A stretch of DNA of 64,000 nt, taken from contig OX597832.1 of NCBI GenBank assembly GCA_951406725.2, forward strand, positions 37,510,001 through 37,574,000. Reading direction: 5' to 3'. Source of the DNA: Octopus vulgaris. Taxonomy: Eukaryota. The translations under genes and the position numbers were made by a program. The notes beneath the pieces are model-generated. The model did no database searches. It saw only the letters and a program-made list of their open reading frames with translations, and had not been told where the DNA came from. Position 1 is the first letter of the stretch. The number at the start of each line of letters is the position of its first letter. Of this stretch, positions 41,424-55,513 are shown in pieces.

Positions 41424-41812
41424 TGTTCTGTGTGCCTTAACGTCTATCCAAGTCGGATGTATAACTTCACTGTCACACCTGGTCTAATCTAACCCCACAC
41501 ACCCCGCAATCCAGCATTCTGTCAAATTACAGTAAAGTCTTAATTTGCGATGAGCTACAATTTTTTTATTTTTTTAATGTTTTAACCTCCAAAATATTTG
41601 TTGTGCAGTTTCGATCCCATATGGCGTTAGGCTGCTTTATTACGGCTGAGCTATTCTTAAGATTGGAATGCTGCCCTCGTCAACAGCACGTAGGGGCTGT
41701 GAAGGTGTCAAACATAAAATGACAGATACCATTAACTGTTGGTTTACTTCAAAACAAATAAGAGAAACTCTTGTAAAATGTCTTCAACTTCATCTTACGA
41801 TGATTATCAATA

Positions 41813-41813
41813 C

Positions 41814-41879
<66 letters not shown>

Positions 41880-42060
41880 TAATAATAATAATAATAATAG
41901 TAATAATAATAATAATAATAAAATGATGATGATGATGATAATAATTAAATAAGGTATTACTACCATTACTATTATTATCATTATTATTATTACTATTAAT
42001 AGTAGTAGTAGTAATAATAATAATAATAATGATAATAACAACAACAACAACAATAATAAT

Positions 42061-42149
<89 letters not shown>

Positions 42150-42178
42150 TGATGATGATGATGATGATGATAATGATG

Positions 42179-42228
<50 letters not shown>

Positions 42229-42240
42229 GATGATGATGAC
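41813..42240. repeat. (AAT)n/(GAT)n compound tract
   Basis: Direct reading. Confidence 0.95.
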
Positions 42241-42364
42241 AACAGCGGGAATGATGATTATGATGACGATGATGACGCCGTCGGCGACAATTGTGATGAA
42301 AAAATTGATATTCCCTAACTAAAAAGGGTTTTCTTCTTACATTTTATGAATTTTTAAGATCATT

Positions 42365-42460
42365 TAGCCTTATATTTTTTGGGATCGATTTGCTCGACTA
42401 AAGGCGGTGCTCCAGCATGGCCGCAGTCAAATGACTGAAACAAGTAAAAGAGTAAAAGAG
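42365..42460 (+). mobile_element. Family B SINE 3' tail
   Basis: TCGATTTGCTCGACTAAAGGCGGTGCTCCAGCATGGCCGCAGTCAAATGACTGAAACAAGTAAAAGAG. Confidence 0.9.
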
Positions 42461-42461
42461 T

Positions 42462-42494
<33 letters not shown>

Positions 42495-43082
42495 CACATA
42501 TATATTCACACAGAGACACAAACTCATACACACACACACACACACACGCACGCATGCACAAAGGAAAGGAATGATTTTCTAGTGACTGACTGTATATGTA
42601 TGTATGTGTTATGTGTATTTCCGTGTGGAGCTGTGTGTATGTATGCGTAAATGTAAGCATATGTACAAAACACACTTAAAGGCGCATTAAGAGATAAACA
42701 GAAAAGCACATAGACGCAAACTCGAAGATTCCATACTCATTTACCCAGACACATGTCGAAACCGAATCACATATACACTCGTACGCTCGCTCGGATATCG
42801 AGTTTGTTGTTTCAACTGTTGTGGATCTCAAACTACAGTTGATAAAATGCTCAACTACCGTTTGCAAATATTCCATATGATGGCGTTGTAATGTCCTAAT
42901 ACTAATTTAATATGTTGATATCGTATATCAATATCTTTGTATTGATATAATATTAAATATTTTGTATATCGGTGTATATCGTGTAAAATACTTAGCGTTA
43001 AGTGAAAAATAAGATCTCAGCTGTTAAATATTTCTTCCCAATATAAGCACCAGACCGGTAAATAGCGTGCAGGGAGTACTCC

Positions 43083-43480
43083 ATTATTGACCTCAGTGCA
43101 TAACTGGTACTCTATTATTGACCCCAGTGCATAACTGGTACTTTATTCTGTTGACCCCGGAAGGTTGTAAAGTAACGTCAATCTCAGCAGGAATTGTATT
43201 CAGAACGTGAAAAGGAACAATTAAATACAGCAAAGCATTTTCTGCGACGCACCGATGATTCTCTCAGTCTACCGTCTAACAGTTCTTTAGTGTCAAAGCT
43301 AAGTTTATCGAGGAATGTATCAGCAAAATCTTTTGCTTGTTTCAGTCATTAGACTGCGACCATGCTGGGGCACCGCCTTAAGGAATTGTTAGTCGAATGA
43401 GTCAACTCCAGTACCATTTTGTTTGGCTTAAGCCTAGTACAATTTCCATGGGTCTCGTTTGCCGAACCGCTAAGTTATGG
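43083..43480 (-). mobile_element. Diverged family A SINE (31-bp tandem duplication at 43083-43144) followed by a family B tail
   Basis: GACCCCAGTGCATAACTGGTAC; TTTCAGTCATTAGACTGCGACCATGCTGGGGCACCGCC. Confidence 0.7.
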
Positions 43481-43483
43481 AAA

Positions 43484-43577
43484 GTTCTGATGATTGGGGT
43501 TGCAGTTAAGACATGTTTCTGAAAAAGACTGAGGGTCTCGGGAACGTTAAACTCACCTCATGAAACAAGTGTAGAAG
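43484..43577 (+). ncRNA. Nested pair of hammerhead motifs (outer 43484-43577, inner 43515-43552)
   Basis: Outer: CUGAUGA-U-UGGGGU...ACCUCA-U-GAAAC-AAGU-GUA-GAA. Inner: GUUU-CUGAAAA-AGAC(UGAGG)GUCU-CGGGAAC-GUU-AAAC. Confidence 0.45.
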
Positions 43578-43680
43578 TGAAATTTAGAACTGAAATAGTA
43601 AGTATTAATATAAAATTCTATGACATGGTGTGATGTATATTAGGATTTGATGAATTGCATGGGGACTTCTATCTCTAAAT

Positions 43681-43713
<33 letters not shown>

Positions 43714-43818
43714 CGTTCGACAGCATAACAGTTATATATGCAACTTGAACAGACACGCATATCAGTACATAAACATACGTTTATATGTACATACACACAC
43801 ACACGCACACACACACAC

Positions 43819-43861
<43 letters not shown>

Positions 43862-43988
43862 TTAGGAATTAAAAATTCCGGCTTCACAGGGATTCAGATA
43901 AATTGAATTATTCTCGATAAGAAATTATGTGTTTTGTGTGTTCTTAAATGGCTTACAAACACAAGCATCTTCCAGACTGCAATTGCTT

Positions 43989-44051
<63 letters not shown>

Positions 44052-44175
44052 GCGACGCGCTTCTTTCAGTTTCTATGAACCAAATCCACTCACAAGGCTT
44101 TGATCGGCCTGTGGCTATATAGAAGACACTTACCCAAGATACCACACAGCAGGACTGAACTTAGAACCACGTGCC
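44052..44175 (-). mobile_element. Family B SINE 5' half
   Basis: CTTCTTTCAGTTTC...CAAATCCACTCACAAGGCTTTG...GAAGACACTTACCCAAG. Confidence 0.85.
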
Positions 44176-44373
44176 TCTTGAATTTATTTTCGTCTCTTTA
44201 CGTTCTGAATTTTATTTCACGCAGTTGCTTTTGATTCAGTATTTCAGAAAATAAGATGGCACTAAAGGACTCCAATCGACTCCTCCCTACACACAAAAGG
44301 TGACCTGATGACGGATGAACGTGTTTTAACTATTTTTTCAACCACGCGCGTAGGAGCTCATTCATTGACATAA

Positions 44374-44382
44374 TTATTATTA

Positions 44383-44455
<73 letters not shown>

Positions 44456-44475
44456 CATTATTATTATTATTATTA

Positions 44476-44552
<77 letters not shown>
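44374..44552. repeat. (ATT)n microsatellite
   Basis: Direct reading. Confidence 0.95.
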
Positions 44553-44844
44553 TTTTTATTTTTTATTTACTGCAGCGAGAAAATAATATTACAATTCTTT
44601 TATCTAAATTTCTAATTGGCTGGTCAGTACGAAGGACTGAGTCTATAGCCTTCACTAAAACCTTTAAGACTGATGAGGTGTTGTTGGTTCGGCTGCGGGG
44701 AAACATTTGCAGGGCAGGATTTCCAGAATGTGGCTAGAATTCTTGTGAAGAAATGACTTGTTATAATGACTAGTGTTGAACCCAGTGACAGACACAATAT
44801 ATAATGACAATATGAGGAGGGAGGGAGAGAGAGAAGAGAGAGAT

Positions 44845-44915
<71 letters not shown>

Positions 44916-47559
44916 TAGCAGGATTGAAGGTGGCGCAAGAGCTACTGGCTTCCACAAATAGATACCATAGTAGTAATGGTTGAAAAGGCAGTGGGAAGAC
45001 ACACCATGTCTGTTTTTTAGAGTTTGGATTGACCTCGTATCAAAATTTTGGGTGGAATTTCTTCGGATGTAGTCAAGAACGCGCGCGCGTGGTATTTGTC
45101 TGCATCCAAAACATCGCAGCAGTATTTCTTTTGTGTTTCGCCTGGAACTTTGTAGTGATAGTTGTTGGCGGAGGAAATGTCGTCTAGAAGAGGAAAAAAG
45201 GCAGACTTTGTTAGACACTCTTCTGCCATGTTCGCAATGCGCGTTCTCTAATGAAAGATCCCTCGGTGATAGTGAAACCTAGTTTTTATAATGAACTTGA
45301 TAGATTTATGAATTTCATACGGTTCCTGTTGGTCTAATAAACGAAAGGGGATCAACCGTCTACACTTACAAACATAGGTAGATTTGTCTCCAAGTTAAGT
45401 TCATTTGTCTACGTAGGCACTTATATGTTCCAAGCGTTCAACATAATCTCATCGACCATCTGGCTAACAAATTAATATATTTATACGGCTATAATATCTT
45501 AGCATAAATACATTCACAGTGAGAGCCATTAATCGTCGGTAAGCGATATTATAAACTGCAAGAACTTTATATTATGATAACTAAATCTGACAAGGAATAT
45601 AATTTTATGAACTCTAACATAATAAGTATAATTAAAATTTTTTTTATGAACTCTTATATAATTACTATAGTTAAAATATGAAATACTTTCACTGTGGTCT
45701 ACACGTGTGAATGGGATGAGTATGTGTGTGTGTGTGTGTAAGAAATGTTCAGCAAGCTGACACGTGACTATGAAAATAGCGATAATGTAAGCTTTAAAAT
45801 TTTGAGATAAAAAAGTAGTAATATTGAAGACTGGCAGAAATGAAATAAAACAACTTCAATAAAACAACTTTAATAAAAGAAGGATGGTACAGTGGGAAAA
45901 GGAGTTGCATCAGCTTGATAGACTATGACATTCATACTGTTCCCTTTTGGAATGATAACGAAATGGGATCAGTGATTGTCTTGTATTTTCTTTATCCATC
46001 TTAAAACAATAAAGGGCAAAAATCGAACAGCTTTAGTGAAGTGCAAGCTAACGCTGAAGATTAACCCAAATCAAAGGAAAGTTCGAAAGAGATATGTCTG
46101 GTAACCTCCACCTTTAGCTTAAGCAACACGAATACATAAAAGAATGTCCTGTCTTCGGTAATGTGCCATTTTCCATCTACTCCCAAATAATATACGGTTT
46201 TTAATTCTTACTATGTTAAGTACAACTATTCTTGCCTTGATAACATCCCTTGCACGATTACACATCTGCATGCCCACAACAACTGTCATCTTGCAGATGT
46301 CGTTATAAAATCCCTTTGTTCAATCTTGAAATTGTGTAATACCGAACGTTAATACAAAACATGGCCTTATCCAGAGGAACTACATCAGACTTACCGCTAA
46401 CAACTTCAACAGACATTTCATTTAATATTTATGTTGAAGTCGAAGAACAAGAAAAAATCCTCATTCTTGTCCCGATTTATCTAGAATCTCTGAGATCAAA
46501 GACACTTTTATCCCACAATAAGTGGAGATATTGTTGATAGAAGTACTCCTTATTTCAAAGGTTCACACAATAATAGAATATGCGTATCTGAAAAATTCCA
46601 GATACAAGAAGCATGCATGATATCCATCAGTGGAAAAGCCGAGATGTTAAATACCTTTTACCATCATAAACAGACTTTTCGCAAGAGAATTTTCGGCCAG
46701 CGGTACATCCCGAGTCAAGCGACAGAATTTTCAATAAATGTTTTTGTTCGAGTCACAAGACGTCGTCATCCCGCATATCATTGATTACACACCTTGGCCG
46801 TTTATTTAGATCTACAATTTAATGGTTCTGATTTAGAGCCAATGGCATTTCCGATTAAGTAGCTTATGCGGACCAATAAGAACCGGCCTTACTAACGAGT
46901 ACGAGGAGCACTGTACTAGCTGTCGCAGTTACGTATTCATTTGTGAATAACTTATGAAAGATGGGAGGCATACTCCATGTCTGTATGAAACTTTCCGTAA
47001 TGCAGTACTTGATCATTAACAGTTTAATTATAACTATATACTCTAAATTATATACTGAGTTCGCTTCTACATTTAAAGGTCTGTATAAGTGTGTGTACAT
47101 TTGTACATATATACACACAACTGTGTACACAAACACACACACACGCACATAAATATATATGTTTATGTGTGTGTGTATGTGTGTGTATGAATGTATATAC
47201 ACATATATTTCGTGTGCATGCATATCTTTACATCAACTGTGATATCACTTTAATATACTGATATCGCTATTCGACATGATATATTAGATTCCCAACGTCA
47301 TAATATCATGTGGTGTCTATAACAGAATAAATAATTATTCTCTACTTAAGATGGCGTGTCATTCGATACAATAATATACAATGCCATATCACACATCACA
47401 CCCCATATATACATTCCCCCCACCCACACACACTATTGTCATCTAACCTAACTCATACACAAACACATGGGTTCATTTGTTCATACATTAATATATATGC
47501 ATGTTTATACGTGTAAGTATACATACATATATATGTGGATGTGTGTGTATATATACATA

Positions 47560-47604
<45 letters not shown>

Positions 47605-48035
47605 GTGCACACACTTCTGTATATATATTTACTGATGCCTAGCGGATGTAGGTATATCACATTGTTTGAAATATATCTTTAGCCAAGACAAAGATTTAAA
47701 GATTTATATAAATGTGAATGACACTTGGTATTAATGAAAATATATATGCATTTACGTATACATATACGTATTTACATATATATATATATATATTTATGTG
47801 TGTGTGTGCGTGTGTATATATATATATATATATATATAGACACATATATGTGTTCATAGATATATTTATGTGTATGTAAGTATGTATAACTTAAGTGAAA
47901 TAAGATATATGTCAAGTGTATAGTGTATGACTAAGATAAATAATTTGGTGTGAAAGTAAGGGAAGTGGTGTGTTTATTTGTCTCAGCTTATACCAACCAA
48001 ATATGTCCTAGCGTACACTGTATACGCTGCTGCTG

Positions 48036-48138
<103 letters not shown>

Positions 48139-48257
48139 CTATGTGTGTGTGTATGTGTATGTGTGTGCATAGTCACAATGAACTTCAACGCATTAACTTT
48201 CATAACTAACATACCACCTACTTTCTTTTCCTCTCGCTTCTTTTCCTCTCTCACGTT

Positions 48258-48307
<50 letters not shown>

Positions 48308-48319
48308 TGTATGTATGTA

Positions 48320-48980
48320 TACACAAAAGTGCGATGGGTAAACTGTCGCCATTTTATATTTTAAATTTCGCGCGTGCGCGTTGTTTGTTCTTGATTTTGT
48401 CGACTACACAGTATAGTAGGATCAGTCGGGCACCATCTGTGAGAAAAACAACACCATGTCGCAATTCACTCTGCCAGAAATTTGGAAACGGCGTGCTGCA
48501 CTGCTTGGCATTCGCGCCGGACACTCCAGTACAAACATTTCAGAGCGTTTGGGTGTCAATCTGAGGACAGTGCAGTCTGAGGACATGCACCGAGAGTGAT
48601 AAAAATCAAACATCCAGTCCACGACATGGTGTTTGGAGTGATCACTTGTGATGGCGACGTTATACTGCCTCCATTCATCTTCCCACACAGCCTCAGACTC
48701 AACATGGAGGCCTACATTAAGTGCCTGGAGGAGGTAGTACTGCCCTGGGTCACGAGTGAGGCTGCTGGAAGACCTTATGTCTAGCGACAGGACTTTGCGC
48801 CATGCCACACAAGCAGGAGAATCCAGTCATGGTATCAGACAATTTTTGCGAATACGTCATCCTTAACATCTAGCCACCTAACTTTCTAGTCTGCACCCCA
48901 CTTGATTATTATGTGTGGGGCGTTGTTGAGCGACAGACCAACAAAATTGAACTGAAGGCAAGGATTATGGCAACATTCAC
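48320..48980 (+). mobile_element. maT/DD37D-type Tc1-mariner relic, internally deleted
   Basis: MSQFTLPEIWKRRAALLGIRAG...LGVNLRTVQ; KHPVHDMVFGVITCDGDVILPPFIF...YIKCLEEVVLPW...RPYV*RQDFAPCHTS...PLDYYVWGVVE. Confidence 0.85.
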
Positions 48981-49001
48981 GGGGGCCAATCAGATATACC
49001 G

Positions 49002-49075
<74 letters not shown>

Positions 49076-49383
49076 AATATATACATATGTATATATATAT
49101 ATACAAATAGTACTCAAATACCAGAGGTAGAGTGATATGCTCTATCAAAAAGCAGTAAAAATATCACAAAAACCGTTATTCAGAGTTTCACGTTCCCGAT
49201 CGTCTGAGTAACAGAATAATGTATACAGTATAATGCTCGTTTACCTTCAGATTTCATGCAGTGCTATCCAACGGTAGTATTATACCTACCGCCAGATTTG
49301 CGTGGAGACGTTTCTCGTGTGTGGATGGACAATTGAATAAGTTAGAGTGAACAAGAAGGAGTACAGAGGAACATTTATTTGTA

Positions 49384-49487
49384 ATCACTACAATTGTTTC
49401 TATACAACGCAGTTCTCCAGGTCCGTATGTATTTAGTTATGTAACCATTTCTCTGCATCATGAGATCTTGTGTTTTTATCAGGTGAT
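49384..49487 (-). ncRNA. Hammerhead motif with about 75-nt stem-loop II
   Basis: Minus: AUCAC-CUGAUAA-...-GAAAC-AAUU-GUA-GUGAU; perfect 5-bp stem I and palindromic ACAAUUGU; related 3' half at 7221-7241. Confidence 0.55.
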
Positions 49488-49751
49488 ATATAAATATTGT
49501 GTCTGTGTTCCGTAAAGTCAAACTTTCGGTTGTCTTCGTTATACGTGGTAGCAGGAACCACACTGTTTATCAACTCTTCTAAAGTGGGTGGGAGGCTATG
49601 CTATCGATGGTAAGTACATATGCATGCGAGTACTACGTACGTATGTTTGTATGCATGTATGTATGTATGTATGTATGTATGTATGTATGTATGTATGTAT
49701 GTATGTATGTATGTATGTATGTATGCATGCATGTATGTATATATATATATT

Positions 49752-49960
49752 AAGTTAATCCAAACAAGAAAGCACAAAAAAACACAACAACGCGAGGACG
49801 TGGAACAAATATAGTATTATTGGACGCTCAGGAAAGAAAGAAAGAAGGAGGGTGTAACGTTTCGAGCGGAGCTCTTCGTCGGAAACATAGGAGAAGGAAA
49901 GATCCAGAGAAGGGAAGACAGAGGAAAAAAAAAATCGCCAACGGTACACACGCGGTCACA
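49752..49960 (-). mobile_element. Family P1 hammerhead-bearing repeat, apparently full length
   Basis: Flanked by (TA)n on both sides; hammerhead motif at minus 49852-49886. Confidence 0.85.
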
Positions 49961-50046
49961 TATATATAGCTGTCGACTTCAAAACTCCTAAATCTCTTAG
50001 TTCTTCATAAAAGCGGAAGAATACGTCAATATTTGTCAGAGAGAAA

Positions 50047-50627
50047 GGTGGCGAGCTGGCAGAATCGTTAGCACGCCGGGCGAAATGCTTAGCGGTATTT
50101 CGGCTGCCGCTACGTTCTGAGTTCAAATTCCGCCGAGGTCGACTTTGCCTTTCATCCTTTCGGGGTCGATTAAATAAGTACCAGTTACGCACTGGAGTCG
50201 ATATAATCGACTTAATCTGTTTGTCTGTCCTTGTTTGTCCCCTCTGTGTGTAACCTCTTATGGGTAGTAAAGAAATAAGAAACGTTAGCGAGCCCGGCCA
50301 AATGCTTAGCGGTATTTCGTCTGACGTTACGTTCTGAGTTCAAATTTTGCAGAGGTCGACTTTGCCTTTCATACTTTCGGGGTCGATAAATTAAGAACCA
50401 GTTACGCAGTGGGGCCGATGTAATCGACTTAATGTCCTTGTTTGTCCCCTCTATGTTTAACGCCTTGTGGGCAATGAAGAAATAAGAATCGCTAGCACGC
50501 CGGTCAAAATGCTTAGCGGCATTTCGTCCGTCTTTAAGTACTAGCTTCAAATGACTCCGGGGTTAACTTTGCCTTTCATTCTTCTGGGGTCGATAAAATG
50601 AATACCAGTTTAGCACTGGGGTTGATG
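50047..50627 (+). mobile_element. Family A SINE, three tandem units
   Basis: Units start at about 50047, 50279 and 50487; junction GAAATAA|GAA(A/T)CG(T/C)TAGC. Confidence 0.92.
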
Positions 50628-50652
50628 TATATGTATATATATATATAAATAA

Positions 50653-50697
<45 letters not shown>

Positions 50698-50793
50698 TAC
50701 ATATACACACACATACATGTGAGTGTGTATGAAGAAAACAACATACAAACGTACGTATATGTGTGCATACACACACGCACGCACACACACACA

Positions 50794-50843
<50 letters not shown>

Positions 50844-51422
50844 TGTATGATGCATATCTCGGGAAAATCGTCGTGATATGTGAACTCTGGTACAACATGC
50901 AGACATCTATCTAAATATAAATCAAACACCTGACCTACAAATGTCGTTTAAAGTAGGGAAATCAGATGAAGTGATTCCTCAGCGCAGAAGTCGGAAAGCT
51001 CTGGGGATTTATTTCACGTAATTGTTTACTGTTAAAAAAATCCTATCGCTTAAGATGAATATCCGTCCATTCGTCTATCCGTATGTATGTGTACATGCAT
51101 TACATATAGGTGAAACAATGACTGTGTGGCTGAGAAGCTCGTTTTTAACTATATGGTCTCGGTTTCAGTGCCACAGCCCGGCATGTTGTACGGATAACGC
51201 CTTAGAAGTGAATTTGGTAGGCGAAATTTGTGGGAAGCTTGTAGTGTATGTGTGTATGTATGTATAATTGAAAAGGGGTTAAGAATCCATACAAATTAAA
51301 GGTTTTATGAAATATGTAAAGGTGGAAACTACACAGAAGTATAATTAAAGATTTTAAAAACTTTTTTTTCTTTTTGTCGGACCGGATATTTTTATATTTG
51401 TTGCATTGAGTGACTTTTATAA

Positions 51423-51465
51423 AATATTACCGGTTTCAAAGCGTATGTCCATCTTATCAAATATT
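51423..51465 (-). ncRNA. Degenerate hammerhead motif, same family as 639-681
   Basis: Minus: AAUAU-UUGAUAA-GAUGG...-GAAAC-CG-GUA-AUAUU. Confidence 0.45.
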
Positions 51466-52321
51466 AAAAATTGATGTCAAGAATTTGGGAAAAAGAAAAA
51501 ATTGAAAATTAAAATAGTTTGTTCTCATATTCTGTGGGTAATTAAGAACAAGTTTACACATAGATATATGTATATGCATATGCACGCGCGTGCACAAACA
51601 GACATGCAGATACATATATACATTAGGCTTTTTTCAGTTTCCATCAACCAAGACCATTCGCAAGGTTTTGGTCGGCCCGTGTGGTTTGGAAGCAAACTTC
51701 ATACCACACAGCCACGCCAGAGATAGAACCAATAATGCATAAATAACAAATATGGTTTGTGTGGTATTCTCTCAGAATATTCTTGTGGACACAAGAGCAT
51801 AGCCAAGCTGCTCAGCATACATTTGGTTATCCGGTATTCCTACCTCAAAGAGAATGTGGTGGTGCTCATACTTATCGTCATTGAGCTCAAATATGAGACA
51901 GATTTACCTTCACCACTTCATGCAAACCACTCTCAATGATCTGGTCTATATTTTCAAATCCTATCGTTCAGATCACTAAATAAAATATAAAGACAATAAA
52001 ATATACACCAGACAAATGTCACGGAGTTTAGGAACAGACCACCTGATGAAATATACTGGACATAATTGCTACGCATGACCACAACAAATAATTCTATGCA
52101 GAAGCTAGCAGAAAGCTAAAATGTTACACTGTAAAGTCACTGAGAAATCACTAACAAATACAGACATGTGCGCGGTTTAAATATAGTAAAACTCGGGTCT
52201 ATAATATTTTTAGAGAATTTTCACACGACCTTTTTTTATTATTTGTCCACTGTGAACATAGGTGTTTCTGTTTTCCAAGATCTGGCTAATTCTTTATGAA
52301 ACTTGTTGATGTTTTTTCTCA

Positions 52322-52736
52322 AACCGGGCCAAATACTTAGAGGCATTTTTTCCGCCTTTGCGTTCTGAGTTCAAATCCTGCCGAGGTCGACTTTGCCTTT
52401 ACTCTTTCGTACCAGTTGAGCACTGTGGTCAATGTAATCGATTTACCTACTCCCTGAGAAATTGCTGACCTTGTGCCAAAATTTGAAACCAGCATATTAC
52501 TGGTACTTATTTAATCAACCATCAAAACAGGTAAGAAAAATCTGATGGGGGTAAGATTTGAGCTTAGAAAGCTCAAATCTTACCCCAGTGCAAAATTGGT
52601 CCTTATTCCAGCAACCCTGATGGATAAAAAGTAAAGTCGACTTTGGGCAGAATTTGACCTCAGAATGTAATAGCGGACGAAATACTGCTAAGCGTTTTTT
52701 CCGGCATGTGAACGATTCTGGCTGTTCGCCGCCTTG
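52322..52736. mobile_element. Tail-to-tail family A SINE copies (+ 52322-52495, - 52583-52736) around a perfect 18-bp hairpin
   Basis: GTTCTGAGTTCAAATCCTGCCGAGGTCGAC on plus; AGTCGAC...GAATTTGACCTCAGAA...TCGCCGCCTT is the minus copy; hairpin at 52548-52586. Confidence 0.8.
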
Positions 52737-52970
52737 ATCTGATGAGAAAATAATAAGATTAAAATAAAGATAAACATTAAAATAAATAAAAATAGTAAAA
52801 TATATTTAGAAAAAAACTAACTAGGCAAATACAGCGAAAAGAAAAGAAAGAGATGGGAAGGGTATATATTAGGGTGGAGGGAGATAGGGGTGGATAAACA
52901 AAGAGAAAGAAGGGGTGAAGAGAATGCATATGTGGGTGCGAATATGTAGATGTATAGATGTATGTGTGTT

Positions 52971-53001
<31 letters not shown>

Positions 53002-53299
53002 CTGTGTTTATGTATCTAGTTTCATGTTGGAAATTTGTGACTTTAACCGATGGATAAATTGGCAGTGATGGCTGTTGGATGTGTGTGTGAGTGGAGGTGT
53101 GGGTGGGTGGGGTGTGGGGTGTTGTATGGAGGTGGGTGGGAGGGAATAGGAAAGTGGACCAGGGGTGGCGAAAGGGTTGTCAGTGTCTTAGCTGAGGATA
53201 AACTAACTCCTCCCTTCCTCTTTCAAGACAGACACAGATTCCTCTCGTCCTTCCCACTCCCGAGACACACACTACACACATACACTCAACCATTACTAG

Positions 53300-53800
53300 T
53301 ACTGCCACCACCACCACCAACAACAACCACATCAATACTACCGTCATCACAACAATAACCTATACCACCACCACCACCACCACCACCACCACCACCACCA
53401 CTAACATTGCTACGAAAAACACCGCAAAAAATGCCATAGCCACAAGTAACATCAACACCACCACTAACCCAATCCTTACCTCCACTACCACCACCACCAC
53501 TACACCACCACCACTACACCACCACCACTACACCACCACCACGACCTCTACCACTACACTCTCTACCACCACAGTCTCCACCATCGCCACCACCATCATC
53601 AAGCACTACAAGGATCACCACCACTACTATCACCACCACAACCGCAACCTCGACAAACATCTCTACATGCACCGCCATCAATACCACAACCGAAACCACT
53701 TCCACAACCTCATCCCTCCCAGTAACACCATCATAGCTACCACCGCCACCACCACCACTACACTACCATTCTCTACGCACCACCACTACCTCTACCACCA
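53300..53800. repeat. Degenerate (CCA)n low-complexity tract
   Basis: Direct reading. Confidence 0.85.
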
Positions 53801-53996
53801 TAATTAGTAGTAGGTACTCCTGTTGAACCCTTTCCTTACACGTCTACTCTGACATTTTTAATTGAATGTGAACGGGGGTGGGACATCAAGGATCGTCCAT
53901 GGACCGTCCCTGGGAAGAGATGCTCTGGGTGTGTTTGTTTAATTACAAGGCTTACATACATACATGCATGCATGCTTACATACATACACAAACATT

Positions 53997-54028
<32 letters not shown>

Positions 54029-54161
54029 CACACCTACATATACACACAAACACATACTTGCATACAAATATACAGCGTGTTAGTGTATTTGCATGTGTGT
54101 GAGGTATTTTTGTATTGAATATATATATATGTGTATATGTATGAGTGCGTGAATATGTACG

Positions 54162-54199
<38 letters not shown>

Positions 54200-54492
54200 G
54201 GTGTATATGTATATATAAATACTTATACGTACCTATGTACATATATACATATAAAATATATATACATACATACATTCGATGTTTTGTTTTTCTGAATGTG
54301 TAGCTTTAGGTCCATATACTTTTAAAAATTGAAGGCATGCGAGTGTATATATGCATATGTTTATTTTTTGAGTGTGTCTGTTTGTGCGAATGCATATACG
54401 TCTCATTCTCTCTCTCTCTCTCTCATATATATTTATATATATATATATATGTATGTATGTGTGTATGCTTGTATGTATATATGTGTGTGTGA

Positions 54493-54530
<38 letters not shown>

Positions 54531-54821
54531 TCACACAGACACACGTACGTAAATCTAGTATTCTGTATAACGACAGTGTGGACTCACGCTTAATTGGAAA
54601 TCCGATCTCGTACAATCTCACTAAATCTCGGCCAATGTTATTTGATCCGTTGGTGAAAGCAGCATTTGTCAGATCTGTTCTTCGACAAGAATAGACTCCA
54701 ACCAATGGATGACTTCTACAATGACGAGTGTAGACTCTGTCATAGACTCTGTGTTATTGTATACTATACGGGATGTAGTAGATGTGACTAAATATACACT
54801 GTTGAGGTCTGTATTTTATGC

Positions 54822-55105
54822 GTTGCTTGTTACAATCATTGGACTGCGACCATGTTGGGGCACCATCTTGAAGTCGAACAAAACAAATCCCGTATGCATT
54901 TAAAAATCTGCGGCTTATTCTGTTAGTCTCTTTATCCAGGGGCTTAAACAATCCAGCACTGGTTACCAAATGGTGGTTGGGAGCAAACACAAACATACAC
55001 ACTCGTATATACTATAGGCTTCTTTCAGTTTCTGTCTACCAAATCCACCCACAAGGCTTTGGTAGGCCCGGGGCCATTGTGAAAGACGCTTGCCCAAAGT
55101 GCCCA
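54822..55105 (-). mobile_element. Family B SINE, diverged
   Basis: TCATTGGACTGCGACCATGTTGGGGCACC and GGCTTCTTTCAGTTTCTGTCTACCAAATCCACCCACAAGGCTTTGG. Confidence 0.75.
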
Positions 55106-55194
55106 CATTTGTAAAGTATCATAGAATCTATCGCAGGCTTAGCAGTGTGCTAAGTTTCCTTCTAAACCACATGGTTCCGGGTTGGGTCCCCTTC

Positions 55195-55237
<43 letters not shown>

Positions 55238-55385
55238 GATGGGCTTCCACACAGTTTCCGTCAACCAAATTAACTCATTATAAATTGGTCGACCGAGGTA
55301 TAAAGTAGAAGATAGCTGCCTAATGTATGTATGCATGTATGTATGTATGTATGTATGTATGTATGTATGTATGTATATATGTGTG

Positions 55386-55479
<94 letters not shown>

Positions 55480-55513
55480 CATACATACATACATACATAC
55501 ATACATACATACA

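Noticed and set aside
48166-48178. 13-nt match to the miR-153 5' region (TGCATAGTCACAA)
   Set aside because: The match stops at 13 nt, is preceded by a TG microsatellite, and has no precursor hairpin
53050-53800. Pro/Thr-rich mucin-like ORFs
   Set aside because: Degenerate (CCA)n low complexity, interrupted by stops, with no splice or homology support
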